NCBI RefSeq assembly: GCF_006345805.1
Contig: NC_043012.1
Coordinates: forward strand, 53,506,001 to 53,570,000
Direction: 5' to 3'
Origin: Octopus sinensis
Taxonomy: Eukaryota
Length of the DNA stretch: 64,000 nt
The notes under the pieces are model-generated. The model searched no databases. It saw only the letters and a program-made list of their open reading frames with translations, and was not told the origin of the DNA. The translations under genes were made by a program, and so were the position numbers. Shown in pieces: positions 12,231 through 24,390 of the stretch; within the stretch, counting starts at the first letter, position 1, and each line of letters opens with the position of its first letter.

Positions 12231-12662
12231 GGCGCAGGAGTGACTGTGTGGTAAGTAGCTTGCTTACCAACCACATGGTTCCGGGTCCAGCCCCACTGCG
12301 TGACACCTTGGGCAAGTGTCTACTACTATTGCCTCAGGCCGACCAAAGTCTTGTGAGTGGATTTGGTAGACGGAAACTGAAATAAGTACGTCGTATATAT
12401 GTACACATGTGTGTGTGTGTGTGAATGTTTGTGTGGCTGTGTGTGTGTGTGTATGTTTGTGTGGCTGTGTTTATCCCTACAACATCGCTTGACAACCGAT
12501 GCTGGTGTGTTTACGTCCCCGTCATATAGCGGTTCGACATGAGAGACCGATAGAATAAGGACTAGGCTTACAAAGAATATGTCCTAGGGTCGGTATGTTC
12601 GACTAAAGGCGGTGCTCCAGCATGGCCGCAGTGAAATGGCTGAAACAAATAAAAGTTAAAAG
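12231..12662 (+). mobile_element. Full-length SINE family A (tRNA-like head, core, internal microsatellite, 3' tail)
   Basis: ggcgcaggagtgactgtgtggtaag (A-box-like), ggttccgggtccagcccc (B-box-like), caccttgggcaagtg, (TG)n, then a tail ending ggcggtgctccagcatggccgcag...tgaaacaaataaaag. Confidence 0.9.
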
Positions 12663-13141
12663 ACAAATATTCCGCAAATTGCAATTTAATAAATCAAAAC
12701 CTATTATGCATCATCTTTTACACTTTACTTATTTCATGGAACTACGGCCACGCTGGGTCACCTCTTGAAAGATTTAGTCTAACAAATCAACGCCAGTACT
12801 TATCCTATACCCCGCTTTGCTGAAGCACTGACCTGCGGAAATATAAATATACCCACACTGGTTGACAAGCGACACACACAAACAAATCTCCTCAAATATT
12901 TTCATATTCTTACCTGCTTCGTCTTTTCTTCATGAATATGACGAATCCCCATTGGAAATCACCTTTTCTCTCTTTTTGGATCCCCCAAAAAGTATGAATT
13001 GTTCTTTTGGAAATTACCTTTTCTCATATATGCATATATACATACATACATACACACACACATATATATATATATTGATAGAAATGGTAAGACAGCAAAA
13101 GAATGAAATAGACGCCGATACTATGTAAATAGAGGATTTTA

Positions 13142-13335
13142 TCTGTAAATATATGTGACAATTATTCGGTAGCCATGATAAAACTCCGAGTTTCGGATGT
13201 CGGAGCGGAAACCCACGCCGCCATTTTTTTCGATGGCCGGATAACTGAAGAGATGGCGGCATGGGTTTCCGTCCCGACTGCCGAAACTCGGAGTTTTAGC
13301 ATGGCTACAGAATAACTGCCACATATTATATTTAC

Positions 13336-13338
<3 letters not shown>
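13142..13338. repeat. Imperfect inverted repeat (about 85-bp arms, 28-nt spacer)
   Basis: 13142-13224 pairs with 13253-13338 with roughly ten differences. Confidence 0.9.
13232..13306 (+). ncRNA. Putative type I hammerhead ribozyme (Penelope pLTR type), partly decayed
   Basis: ggcc-g-gataa CUGAAGA(13245-13251) G, stem II (ggcgg/cugcc, ggg/ccc), C GAAAC(13283-13287) ucgga GUU(13293-13295), then uuagc-au-ggcu. The inverted arm has uuauc, which pairs perfectly with gauaa. Confidence 0.6.
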
Positions 13339-13369
<31 letters not shown>

Positions 13370-14289
13370 GACAGGCTTCCACACAGTTTTCGGCTACCCA
13401 CTTCCCACACTCGCATAACACACACCTATATTTATATATGTAGATAGATATGTATTTATATAAGTCTTCAACACAGTTTCCCCTCTACCCAATTCATTCA
13501 CAGGACTTTATCAAAAGATAATTGATTGAACACAAATGCACGAGGTTGCATATCGAAAACCGTTAACCACACAGCCATAACTGCGCCTACTTTATGTGAA
13601 AATTTTACAAATCAAAATCAACAACGTGACCTTTCTACTCTCTCCCTCAAAACATCTCTCTCGTTTAGGAAAGAGAAACTACACTAGATAATACAAATAC
13701 GATAGAATCTTGCATATATAAAGCACCAATAAAATTATATTTTGGCTACATTGAAGTACTTTGCCTTCAATGATATTCCTTCCATTGGAAAATGTTATTC
13801 TGAATGGACGCTGCCTGAAAAAAAAAGACTCAATTACCGCATTTTAAATCCCTTTGGATGTAGTATTTCTAGATCAAGGGTACCCTTGTGTTGAAGTACT
13901 ATACAAGTTACAAAAACATCAACAAAACCGTATAATTGTATTTCGAATGTTTTTCACAACTCAGAGCCACCTTTGGTTGCACGGAAACTATTATATGTCT
14001 TTTAATTATAATAATAACGATTTGCAGCTTTGGCACAAGCACAGAAATTCTAAAAGAGGGATGAATTCAATCAATGAAATCGATCCTGCTACTTGACTGA
14101 TACTTATTTTATCGAGTCTCGAAGAATAAAAAGCAAAGTTGACCCCAACAGCACCGAGGTCAGAACATAAAGTGACGCAACACAATACTACAAAACACAT
14201 TTTGTCCAGTAATCTATCGATTCAACTATTCATTTCTCCTTCAATATTTTTTGGAAATAATAGCCACCGATATTCGTCTAGATTTTCAA

Positions 14290-14345
14290 TATGCTTTAAT
14301 GGTTCACAACCTATAAACAATTTTAAAGCAATGTGAATAATAATT

Positions 14346-14414
<69 letters not shown>

Positions 14415-14439
14415 CAACAACAACAACAACAACAACAAC

Positions 14440-14496
<57 letters not shown>

Positions 14497-14840
14497 TGGT
14501 GTTCGTTTGAGAAAGATAAGAAATATATGTTGTGAGTTGTTTGAAGTTTTATTCTTGATTCGAGGGAAAATTTCGATATGAGATTTTGAATAAAAGTTAT
14601 TCTCGTGTGTAACATATTATAATAATGACTCTCACATCCATTTACTGAATATAATACCAAACATTCTCTATACTGTATTGAATATCGACTCTGCATACTA
14701 AATTGAATAACTGACAAGAATTATTCCATTCGTTTATTCAATTAACCTATCACCTCCTGTCGTCAAATCTAACGATTAACTCGCTCGTATTCTTTAAAAG
14801 AATTTTCATTATCGTTACAAACACTTCGACTTCTCGCTGG
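14290..14840 (+). repeat. Local dispersed duplication, copy 1 (copy 2 at about 18110-18545)
   Basis: Colinear similarity on both sides of the AAT tract; identical 50-mer tttattcaattaacctatcacctcctgtcgtcaaatctaacgattaactc at 14733 and 18441. Confidence 0.85.
14340..14495. repeat. (AAT)n/(AAC)n microsatellite
   Basis: Directly visible. Confidence 0.95.
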
Positions 14841-15309
14841 TTTTCCATTTATAATTTGTTTTTGCAGTCATGTCTTTCTTTTAACCTGCCGACATAATAT
14901 TTTCTAAACATCTTTTCTTTTTAATAATTACAGTGAATTTAACTTTTTCATAAGATACAAAAAAATGGTTGTGTATGTAGGAAGATTCTAACTTTTCGAT
15001 TGATTCGATACAAACGATTACTAGTGCTTTTCAGTTTCTCTTGATGTCGATAGAATAGAATGCAAAAAAGGCATTCATCGAAATATTTGAGCTGAAAACA
15101 TCTCGGTAAGTGAGACCAATCGTTGTAATTTTTATACTCGACGCTTCTTGCTTCCGCTAATTATACTACCCTTTCTCTAAATAATCCTGTTCACTAATTA
15201 ATCCTAAAACAAAACAATTTATCCTTTATAGAGGATCAGGACTCTCCAAACCCCAATTGCCTCGTACTCTGTACATTTGTCATCCCTCACTGCATTCTCC
15301 GAGTATGAT

Positions 15310-15690
15310 TAACAACGTGTGTTGGGTAAATTTAAGTGATATTTGTCTAACAATTGAAAATACCTGCTACACATTAATGCCTCGCTTTTCCAGCATTCAA
15401 TCGAATCGGAGAAACTGGAACTGACACGACGGTAGAGAATGCTAAAAACACTGCTCTATTGGAAATAGCGAGAATTTTGAGATTGGTATTTGGGTGTTAA
15501 GTATCTTCCACAAAGACTTAATGTCTTGGAACCAAGTCTTATAATTCGTGGAAAGAGACTCTGCTAAACTCTGAGACCCTGTGAAACCTTTGACAACAGG
15601 TTGCTATCCGCTGTCGCCATAATTATCCGGAGCAGGAAAGATCGTGAACTCTGAGAAGTAAAAGATGATGATGATGATGATGGTGATGAT
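15310..15690 (+). mobile_element. 3' end of an R4/Dong-type LINE with (GAT)n tail
   Basis: NAKNTALLEIARILRLVFGC* resembles the QKIALLGTAHILRRTL C-terminus of the element at 42.5 kb; followed by a UTR and (GAT)n. Confidence 0.6.
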
Positions 15691-15904
15691 TTTTGCTACT
15701 AAGGTCCTTTTTACGTATATAGCAAACTTATACAGCGAGGGTAATAAAAACATATTAGGATGAGCAATACAAATTTATATATAAAAAAACACGAAAGGGG
15801 CAAAAAGCGCTATCCCATTTATATATGACACGCTTAAAAGAAAAGTAAAATTTTCACTAACTACGTAGCATAAATAAAAGTAATGTTTTAAGACACACTA
15901 AACC

Positions 15905-16720
15905 AAAGCCAAAATTGATAAACAATTTACCCACATACTCACAGAGGAAACCTCCCTACACCGTCTAGTTGGGTCTTCATTCGTAAAAATCACAACACTT
16001 CTGGAGCAAGCAGAGGTAGATCTACGCACTTCAAAATACTGAAAGTGAAATTGCTGCCTGTGGCTGAGAGATGGAAACCTGAAATGAGAAAATGAATCGC
16101 TAATCAAAGCCGCTCAGGAACAAAATTTTCGAAAAAACTTGACAAAGGGTTTAATAGACAAATATCAAACAGCAAAAGCAAAATGTGTGAAAAAGGAACA
16201 AAAGTATTAACCATCAACTGGAAGAGTTTAGTGAGCTAGCACAGATTATATGCACAAGCATGACTGTCATGGTAAAAGAGTGCTTCAGAGTGTTAAATGA
16301 CGGAAAAGCGGTATGAACAGGCTGACATGGTGATGGATAAATACAGAATTCTATGGAATTCATTCATAGAAACTGATGATACTACTGAAGTAAGAAAACC
16401 AGGTATAATCGTGGCGATGACAGGTATAAGATCATAAATGGGTGAATGTCAAAAGTAGGAGAAAACTCATTGTTACCTTTATCTTCCACAATCTTTAAAC
16501 CTCTCTGCCAAAGACTTGATATTTCAAGTTTTACCCAAAGCGGTGTAGAGATTGTGAAAGACAAAGATAACAATGGTTCCAATGATCATTGCGTTCTCGA
16601 TACAACACCTAAACCATCACTTAAGAGACTGAAATATACTAGAATTGTGATACGTATAGTAGATCTGTAGAAAAACATTTGTGTATTTATCATGTACCCC
16701 GTAAGAAACATAAGAGAGAT
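15905..16720 (+). pseudogene. Old, degenerate R4/Dong-type LINE ORF fragment
   Basis: Hand translation across stops and frameshifts: WLRDGNLK*ENESLIKAAQEQ, DYMHKHD, EQADMVMDKYRILWNSFIETDDTTEVRKPGIIV, KITMVPMII. These parallel WLRSSGLKAETEGFLIAAQDQ, EYIHRHD, ILWDMPIHTDREIKANRPDIVV, TETIPIIV at 42.5-43.3 kb. Confidence 0.75.
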
Positions 16721-16784
16721 CTCTGTGATTGGAGAATTGTTGTTACCAATTTAATCGATATCGTAGATAAATTAAACTACTTTT

Positions 16785-16985
16785 CTACTCTAGGCACAAA
16801 GTCCGAAATTTTGGAGCGGGGAGCTAGTCGATTAGATCGACCCCAGTACGCAGCTGGTATTTAATTTATCGACGCCGAAAGGATAAAAGGCAAAGTCGAC
16901 CTCGACGGAATTTGAACTCAGAACATAATGACAGACGAAATACTGCTAAGCATTTTGCCCGATGTGCTAACGGTTCTGCCAGCTC
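16785..16985 (-). mobile_element. SINE family B
   Basis: Reverse complement carries the B head and gtcgactttgccttttatcctttcggcgtcgataaattaaatacc block. Confidence 0.8.
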
Positions 16986-17329
16986 AACGACCTAAAATAT
17001 CCGGTAACCATTAATAATGAAGGAACACGAACCTAATTTACAGGAGTAGATAAAATAAAGTACTAGTCAGCTACAAGCGTTCCCACAAATATCATTTACT
17101 TCGTGGCTAAATCAGTATAAAAAGGGGGGAGTTGGCAGGATCGCCAGAGCTTTATACAAAACTATTTAGCAATATTTTCTTTGCCTCTTTATGTGCTGAG
17201 TTCAATTACCACCAAGGTCGACGACAATAAAATAAAATACAAGATGAACACTGTGTAAGCCGATTACTTTGACTTACATTCACACCTAAAACTGCTGGCT
17301 TATCGCAAAGATTTGATGCAATTAATACT

Positions 17330-17538
17330 ATTATTTAGCAGAATCGTTACCACGCCGGGCGCAATGCTTAGCAGTATTTCGTTCGTCTTTACGTTCAGAG
17401 TTCAAGTTCCGCCGAGGTCGACTTTGCCTTTCATCGTTTCAGCGTCGATTAAACAAGTACCAGTTGAGAAATGGGGTAGATGTAATCGACTCTTCCTCTC
17501 CCCATAAAATTTCAGGCCTTATGCCTTTAGTACAAAGG

Positions 17539-17602
<64 letters not shown>

Positions 17603-18040
17603 TTATTATTTCTTAAGGAAGCGAGCTGACAGAATCGTTAGCACATCGGGCGAAATACCTAGCGGTATATACGTCCGGCTTTACGTTCTGCGTTCAAGTT
17701 CCGGCGTGGTCAACTTTGCCTTTCATCTTCTCGGGGTCGATGAAATAATTCCAGTTATACATTGAGATCAATGTAATCGACTAACCCTCACCTTCAAAAT
17801 TTCAGGTCCTGTGCACATGTTACTATTATTATTATTATTACTAAGGCGGCGAGATGGCAGAATCGTTAGCACACTGGGCAAGATGCCTTCTTTACATTCT
17901 GAGTTCAAATTCCGCCGAGGTCGATATTGCATTTCATCCTCTCGGGGTCGATAAATTAAGTACCATTTGAGCACTGGGGTCGATGTAGTCACTTGCCCCT
18001 TCCTCGAAATTAATGGCCTTGTGCCATAAATTGAAACCAT
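17330..18040 (+). mobile_element. Three head-to-tail SINE family B copies separated by (ATT)n tails
   Basis: Heads at about 17335, 17620 and 17843 (gcagaatcgtta.cac..cgggcg); each has the central block and an aatttcagg.c.tgtgc tail; ATT tracts at about 17537-17610 and 17820-17840. Confidence 0.8.
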
Positions 18041-18109
18041 TATTGCTGTTGCTGTAGTTGTTGTTGCTGTTGTTGTTGCTAACGCTGCTCTTGTTGATGT
18101 TCTTGTTTG

Positions 18110-18545
18110 GATACTTTAATGAGCCTCAGTGGTTTCCAGTGTATAAACAAATTTAAAGTAGTAATATTAATAATAATAATAATAATAATAATTGATTTTC
18201 ATTTTGAGTAAGATAAGGCATATTATATGTTATGAGAGGATTGGAGATTTATTCTTGGTTCGGAGAAAAACTTTGATATCACGATATGAGAGTTTGAATA
18301 AAAGTGATTCTCATGTGTAACATATAATAATAATGACTCTCGTATCCATTTATCGAATATAATGCCAAACATTCTCTATACTGTGTTGAATATCGACTCT
18401 GCACACGAAATTGAATAACTGACAAGAATTATATCATTCATTTATTCAATTAACCTATCACCTCCTGTCGTCAAATCTAACGATTAACTCAATCGCATTC
18501 GTTAAATGAATTTTCATTATCGTTGCAAACATTACGGCTTCTAGC
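18110..18545 (+). repeat. Local dispersed duplication, copy 2
   Basis: See copy 1; offset about 3.7 kb. Confidence 0.85.
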
Positions 18546-18905
18546 TCGTTTGTGTTTGTTTGCTTGCCTTTTTTTTTTCAATCTGAAATCTCTTTCTATA
18601 ACATGCTGACGTAATGTAATAAATTCTCTGCCCACCTTCCATCTCTCTCTCACTCTATCTCTCTCGCGATGTACATATATGTGTACATATATGTATATGT
18701 ATACACACACACACACACACACATACACACATATATATATATATATATATGTGTGTATGTATGTATGTATGTATATATATATATATATAAACATATGTAT
18801 ATACACACGCATAAACACATAAACATAAACACATACACACACACACACGCGCGCGCGCGCACACATACGAGTGAGTAGGGAACAAATGAACAGAATTAGA
18901 ACTCA

Positions 18906-19325
18906 AAGGCGGCGAGCTGGCTGAAACGTTAGCACACTGGGCGAAATGCTTAGCGTATTTCGTCTGTCTATACGTTCCGAGTTCAAATTCTGCCGAGGTC
19001 GACTTTGCCATTCATCCTTTCGGGGTCGATTAAATAATTACTAGTTACGCACTGGGGTCGGTGTAATCGACTTAATCCGTTTGTCTGTCCTTGTTTGTCC
19101 TCTCTGTGTTTAGCCCCTTGTGGGTAGTAAAGAAAAAAGGTATTTCGTCTGTCTTTACGTTCTGCGTTCAAATTCTGCTGCGGTCGACTTTGTCTTTGAT
19201 CCTTTCGGGGTCGATAAATTAAGTACCAGTTACGCACTGGGGTCGATATAATCGACTTAATACGTTTGTCTGTCCTTCTTTGTCCCCTTTGTGTGTAGCC
19301 CCTTGTGGGCAATAAAGAAATAAGA
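18906..19325 (+). mobile_element. SINE B1 dimer (second unit starts internally at gtatttcgtc)
   Basis: Unit 1 ends gggtagtaaagaaaaaag and runs straight into gtatttcgtctgtctttacgttctg...ccccttgtgggcaataaagaaataagaa. Confidence 0.85.
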
Positions 19326-21689
19326 ATAAGAATATATAACTGCATTTATTTGGTAAGAGGCTCACTTAGTTGCTCCGTAAAATCTTACGTCACGTGGGGA
19401 TCTAAAACAACCTGTTGTGCAATATATATGTGGGTAGGGGTGTAAGAAGTTGAGAATGGAGTAGCGAACATTATATAGGTTCCATGGTAGCAACTGGCAA
19501 TCCGCCGGTTATGACGACTAGCGTTCCAGTTGATCCGATAAACGGAACAATCTGCTGGTGAAATTAATGTGCAAGTGGCTGAGCACTCCACAGGCATTTA
19601 TAATTTTAACGTAGTTCTCAGAGAGATTCGGCATAACATAGAGTATGACATGGTTGCCCGTTTTAATTCCAAGTGCGAGTTATTTTTGCCAGGTAAATCT
19701 GACAAACAAAAACGTTGAAATAACAAAATACATACATATGCAGTTGCCGAATTATTAAAAATCAATACTGATCTTTAAATTTCAAAGCCAGCAATTTCAA
19801 GGTCAGGAGTAAGTAGATTGTATCGACCCAAGTGATCAACTAGTACCTATTCCATCGACCACGAAAGGCAAAGTCAACCACGTTCTGAGTTCAAATTCTG
19901 TCGAGGCCGATTTTGCCTTTCATTTTATCACGTTCTTAGTTCAAGTTCGTTGGATGTCGACTTTGCCTTTCATCCTTTTGGAATCGATAAAATAAGTACC
20001 AGTTGAACACTGGGGTCAATATCATTGACTTTCCCACTCCCTCGAAATTCCTGATCTTGAGCTAAAATTTTAAACCAATATGATCGTTATTTTTATTGCT
20101 ATTTTTACTATTATTATTACAGTTGTTTTTTTATTGGTGTGAGTATTATTATCGCTATCATTGTTTTAGTTCTTATATATCGGTAGTCCCTGAAGAAACT
20201 CCGATGAAACAATAAATTTGGCCTCATGTTTTTGTATAAAACATATACGTACATGTGTGGGGGTTAGATATATAGATAGAGAAAGAGAGAGCGGGAACGA
20301 GAGAGAGATTTTGATATATTTGTATTATTGTAGAAACTACGGAAATATTGAATTTTCGTAAGAATACAATACGTTGGAAGTATTTTGGCCCATAGGATGT
20401 TATTTGCGATGAAGAATCATGTTACTCAATGGAATACTGCAATAGCTGAACTCCTATTCCAATGGAATCCCTACTAACATGTACATTGCCCTTGATAAAG
20501 TAAACCGCAACTACCATTATCATCATCATCATAATCACTACCATCACCCCATTCTCGTCATCATTATCATCGTATATTCACATATACATATACAGATATT
20601 CTGTCATTACTCGAAACAGATGTAAGTTCTATCTGTATGGTATTTGAAATACGCTTGTATTATCTGACCATAAATGTGGTCTACGTTTTTTCATATACAT
20701 CGAAGTGGAAGTGGGAGAATTGCTGCGCTGATGACAGTTATTTGGAAGAAACAGGTCTCAGTTGCTGTCCACTTTCCAACAGGAAATGAAACATTTTTTC
20801 ACGATGGCATGTCAATTATCTCCCCTTTTCATTTGAGGTCGATCCCAATTGCCAAAAAAAAAAAATTGTTCTACTAACCCAGAAAGAGGTGATAAATTCC
20901 ATGAATCAAAAATTTGTTTGTTATGGCATTTGCTCAAGACCTTTCCCTGGTGCTTGAACAAATGTGCTATTTCTTTTCGCTCATTTTCTTCTGGGGTTTT
21001 TTTTTCTGTGTAGAATAAGATAAGTTAAGAAGAGAGATAGAGGAAAGGGTGATTACCCAAATAAAAATTGTGTAGATAGTATATTTTTGGCAAATAAAAA
21101 AAAGCATTACTCTGAAATGAGAGAATACCATAGTCATATAGAAATTAGGATAGGGATCTTGTTTTTATATGGAAGATGGAGAGTAATGAGTATATATGCG
21201 CAAGTTTGGCTTGGGAGTAGCATAACCACTTCATAACCACAAGATTCCGGGATCACTCTCAATGCACGGCACCTTGGGCAAATGTCTTCTACTTTAGCCT
21301 CGGCCCAACCATAGCTTTGTAAGGGGATTTGGCAGACCGAAGACGAAAGATATATGCATATATACATACACACACACACCCACACACACTCACACATATA
21401 TTATATTATATATATGTATACATATATATATATGTACTTATATATGTATATATCTCTGTCGGTGTTTCCTTGTGTACATGTGTGTCCCCATCACCGTTTG
21501 ATAACCGGTGTTGGTATGTTTACGACCCCGTAAATTAGCGGTGTGGGGGAGGGGTCTGATAGAAAAAGTACCAGACTTCACAAAAGAATAAGCACTGGTG
21601 TTTATTCATTCGACTAAAATTCTCCAAGCAGCATCCCCAAAATGGCAGCAGTCAATGACTGAAACAAGTAGAAGACAAAACATGATACA

Positions 21690-22345
21690 CACCAGGAGGA
21701 GAGCATACGGCTACAGCTGTAAGCGTTACCAGTGGCTAAGCAGCCTGGAGGAAATTAGGGAACGATGAATAAAAGTGAGGCGGAATACATACAGCAGGAT
21801 GTGAAATTAATATTTTATCATATACATATTGTTTTAACTTACTGAAGAAAACAATGTGGGAGGTGGTAACTAGATAAGGAGGGTGTTGGCTAATAGGTGT
21901 ACTTGTTGCGAGTGGGCGGGACTTCTTAATGCAATAAAGAAGCCTTCTTTAGGCCGGTAGTTAAGGCGGGGCTAAGCTCGATGATGAGTCGTTTTCCATT
22001 ATGTTTACTGGAATGTAGGAGGGCGCGGCGTTCAGAAATTCACACGTAGATTATTTAAATGCTCTATTGCCGGTTTTCTCTGGGTAAGGTCTCGCTGAAA
22101 ATCTATTTAAAATGTTCGTGGTAGAGGTCCTCTAAACGGTGTAATACTTCCCCAGCGTGTAGTGTGGTTGTTGTGATGTTGCAATAGTTTTAGTGACTTG
22201 GTATTGAAATCTGGATCTAGCTGTATTTGTGGTGATTGGATAAAGACAGAAAAAAGGAATCCGAGATAGAAATGCTTCAAGGTAGCTGGTTAACAAGGAG
22301 CATCTGAGAGAAAGATCGCTAAGATTTCTAACTATTCTGAAAGTG
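21690..22345 (-). pseudogene. Probable N-terminal part of a Penelope-like ORF (partial-tandem arrangement)
   Basis: Frameshifted FLS(R)C...KHFYLGF resembles the FL.RC...PKGF.LKF N-terminal motif; lies just 3' of the PLE remnant on the same strand. Confidence 0.4.
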
Positions 22346-22392
22346 GAACAGACAAAAACTTCCTATTGAATAAAAAGAGTAAATGCAGAGGG

Positions 22393-22433
<41 letters not shown>

Positions 22434-22564
22434 GACGGGATTCTTTCAGTTTCTGTCTACCAGATCCATTCACACACACACATATATATATATTACTATA
22501 TATAACCTATATCTATATATATATATATTAATACATATATACGTTAATATATACATACACACAT

Positions 22565-22627
<63 letters not shown>

Positions 22628-22639
22628 ATATAATTAATG

Positions 22640-23183
22640 GAGGTTTCGAACGTGACGGAGGTTGCTGACTAGTACCGCTTAGGCATGTGTGTGTCTAAAG
22701 CCACTAAAGCACTATATTTAATGACTGACAAAGGGAGGTAAGTCCCTAGTTTGTTAAGTTTTCGTTTGTACATTTGTATGTTCTTTGATTACCCGCACTT
22801 CATATGTGGTTTTCGCTGAACATTGCTAGAGTGGGGAGACTAGGAATTTGGGAAACTTAATCTTTCACATATGCCTATGTGACCACTCAGTTAAATCTGT
22901 CTGTGCTGGGTGTCGTATTTGTTGTCGGTGAACGGTCAGTCTATTACTTAGAGTAAGCTCTGTTTGACCTATGTAATCATCATCATATCCTCGATATTTG
23001 ATATTCTTTTATTCTTTCTTTTATTTGTTTCAGTTATTTGACTGCGGCCATGCTGGAGCACCGCCATTAGTCGAAAAATAAACCCCAGGACATATTCTAT
23101 CATTCCCTTTTGATGAACCGCTATATGACGGGGACATAAACACACCAGCATCGGTTGTCAAACGATGGTGCGGGACAAACACT

Positions 23184-23240
<57 letters not shown>

Positions 23241-24390
23241 GACGGGCTTCTTTCAGTTTCCATCTACTAACAAAGTTTTCGTCAGTCCGTGGCTATAGTA
23301 GAAGACACTTGCCCAACGTGTCACGCAGTGGGACTGCACCCGGAACCATGTGGTTGGAAAACATGCTACTTACCACAGAACCGCTACTGCGCCTAGCGTA
23401 TATTAAATTATTTTAAGAATATGTAAAGTGATTTTTTACGATAAACGTCTGTCCTGATTTGAATTTGTATGTTGTGTGTTCAGTAAGGTTGATGCAGGTC
23501 CCGTAATTAGGACAGCCACCTTTTGTGACTGTTAGTGTAGGAATCGTGGAAAGTAATTTAACATTTGTGAAGAATACGGGGGGGGGGATTTGATTTTTAC
23601 TTTTTATTATTTTGTGTATTTCGAATGCTTGTGCCATTCTTGGATCTTGTTTTAGTAGGGGGATGTTCTGGTGGATAATGTTGTAAAACTCTGTATTTCT
23701 TGTGTTGTGTGTTATAATAAAGGGTAGATTAATGGATGTTTTTCGTTTTCCGCAGTTCTTCGACATATATTACTGTGGCAAGTTCTATTCCGCTGTCTAT
23801 TAGCATTAATGGATATTGTTTTTTAAGTACTACTGGTTTTAGTTCCTGTGGTCTTTTCTTGCGAGTTCCAGAGTTTGAGACAACTGTGCAGATTCTTCTT
23901 GCTAGATTAAAGGGGATATAATGCTTAGTTTGCTTGGGATGGCATGAAGTGAGTAGTAAATATTGTTGAGAATCTGCTTGTTTGTTTCAATGATTTTATA
24001 CCTTTTGATGATTAGTACATCCAGGAATGGTAGTTAAGTTTTACTGTATTCCATGGTAAAGTTGATAATATTGCTTATGCTGTTGATTAGATTTTTGAAA
24101 TCTATAAGTTGTGCAAATTTGTACGGCCAAAGGATCAGGCAGTCAGCTAAATAACGTTTCCAGATTTCTAGTATATATTCAAGCCATATTTTAATTTAGA
24201 TTATTCATACATCGGAACCTCCATGTATGCCATGACTAGATTGGCGTGAGTCGGAGCAACTTTTGTTCCCATCGCCGTCCCAGATGTTTGGTTGTAAATA
24301 TTGCCATCGAAGTAAAAAAAGTTGTTTCCGAGGATAAACTTTAATCTTTCAGTGAATTTCATGCCTTTCTTATGACTAAAGATGTTCACT
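22640..24390 (-). pseudogene. Penelope-like element remnant: RT, thumb, Zn-knuckle and GIY-YIG endonuclease, then 3' region
   Basis: RT motif NNFFYFDGNIYNQTSGTAMGTKVAPTHANLVM (24201-24389); TDSQQYLLLTSCHP; INLPFIITHN; GCPNYGTC; NLIYA|IKYRGYDDDYIGQTE...RLTVHRQQIRHP. Many stops. Confidence 0.85.
23003..23394 (-). mobile_element. Full-length SINE family A inserted in the GIY-YIG motif
   Basis: Complete head-microsatellite-tail copy; removing it rejoins NLIYA to IKYRGYDDDYIGQ. Confidence 0.9.

Noticed and set aside
17330-19325. Regularly recurring conserved blocks suggesting a CRISPR-like array
   Set aside because: The intervening sequences are homologous SINE parts, there are no cas genes, and the context is eukaryotic.
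20189-20220. CUGAAGA...GAAAC
   Set aside because: No stem II pairing and no GUH triplet.
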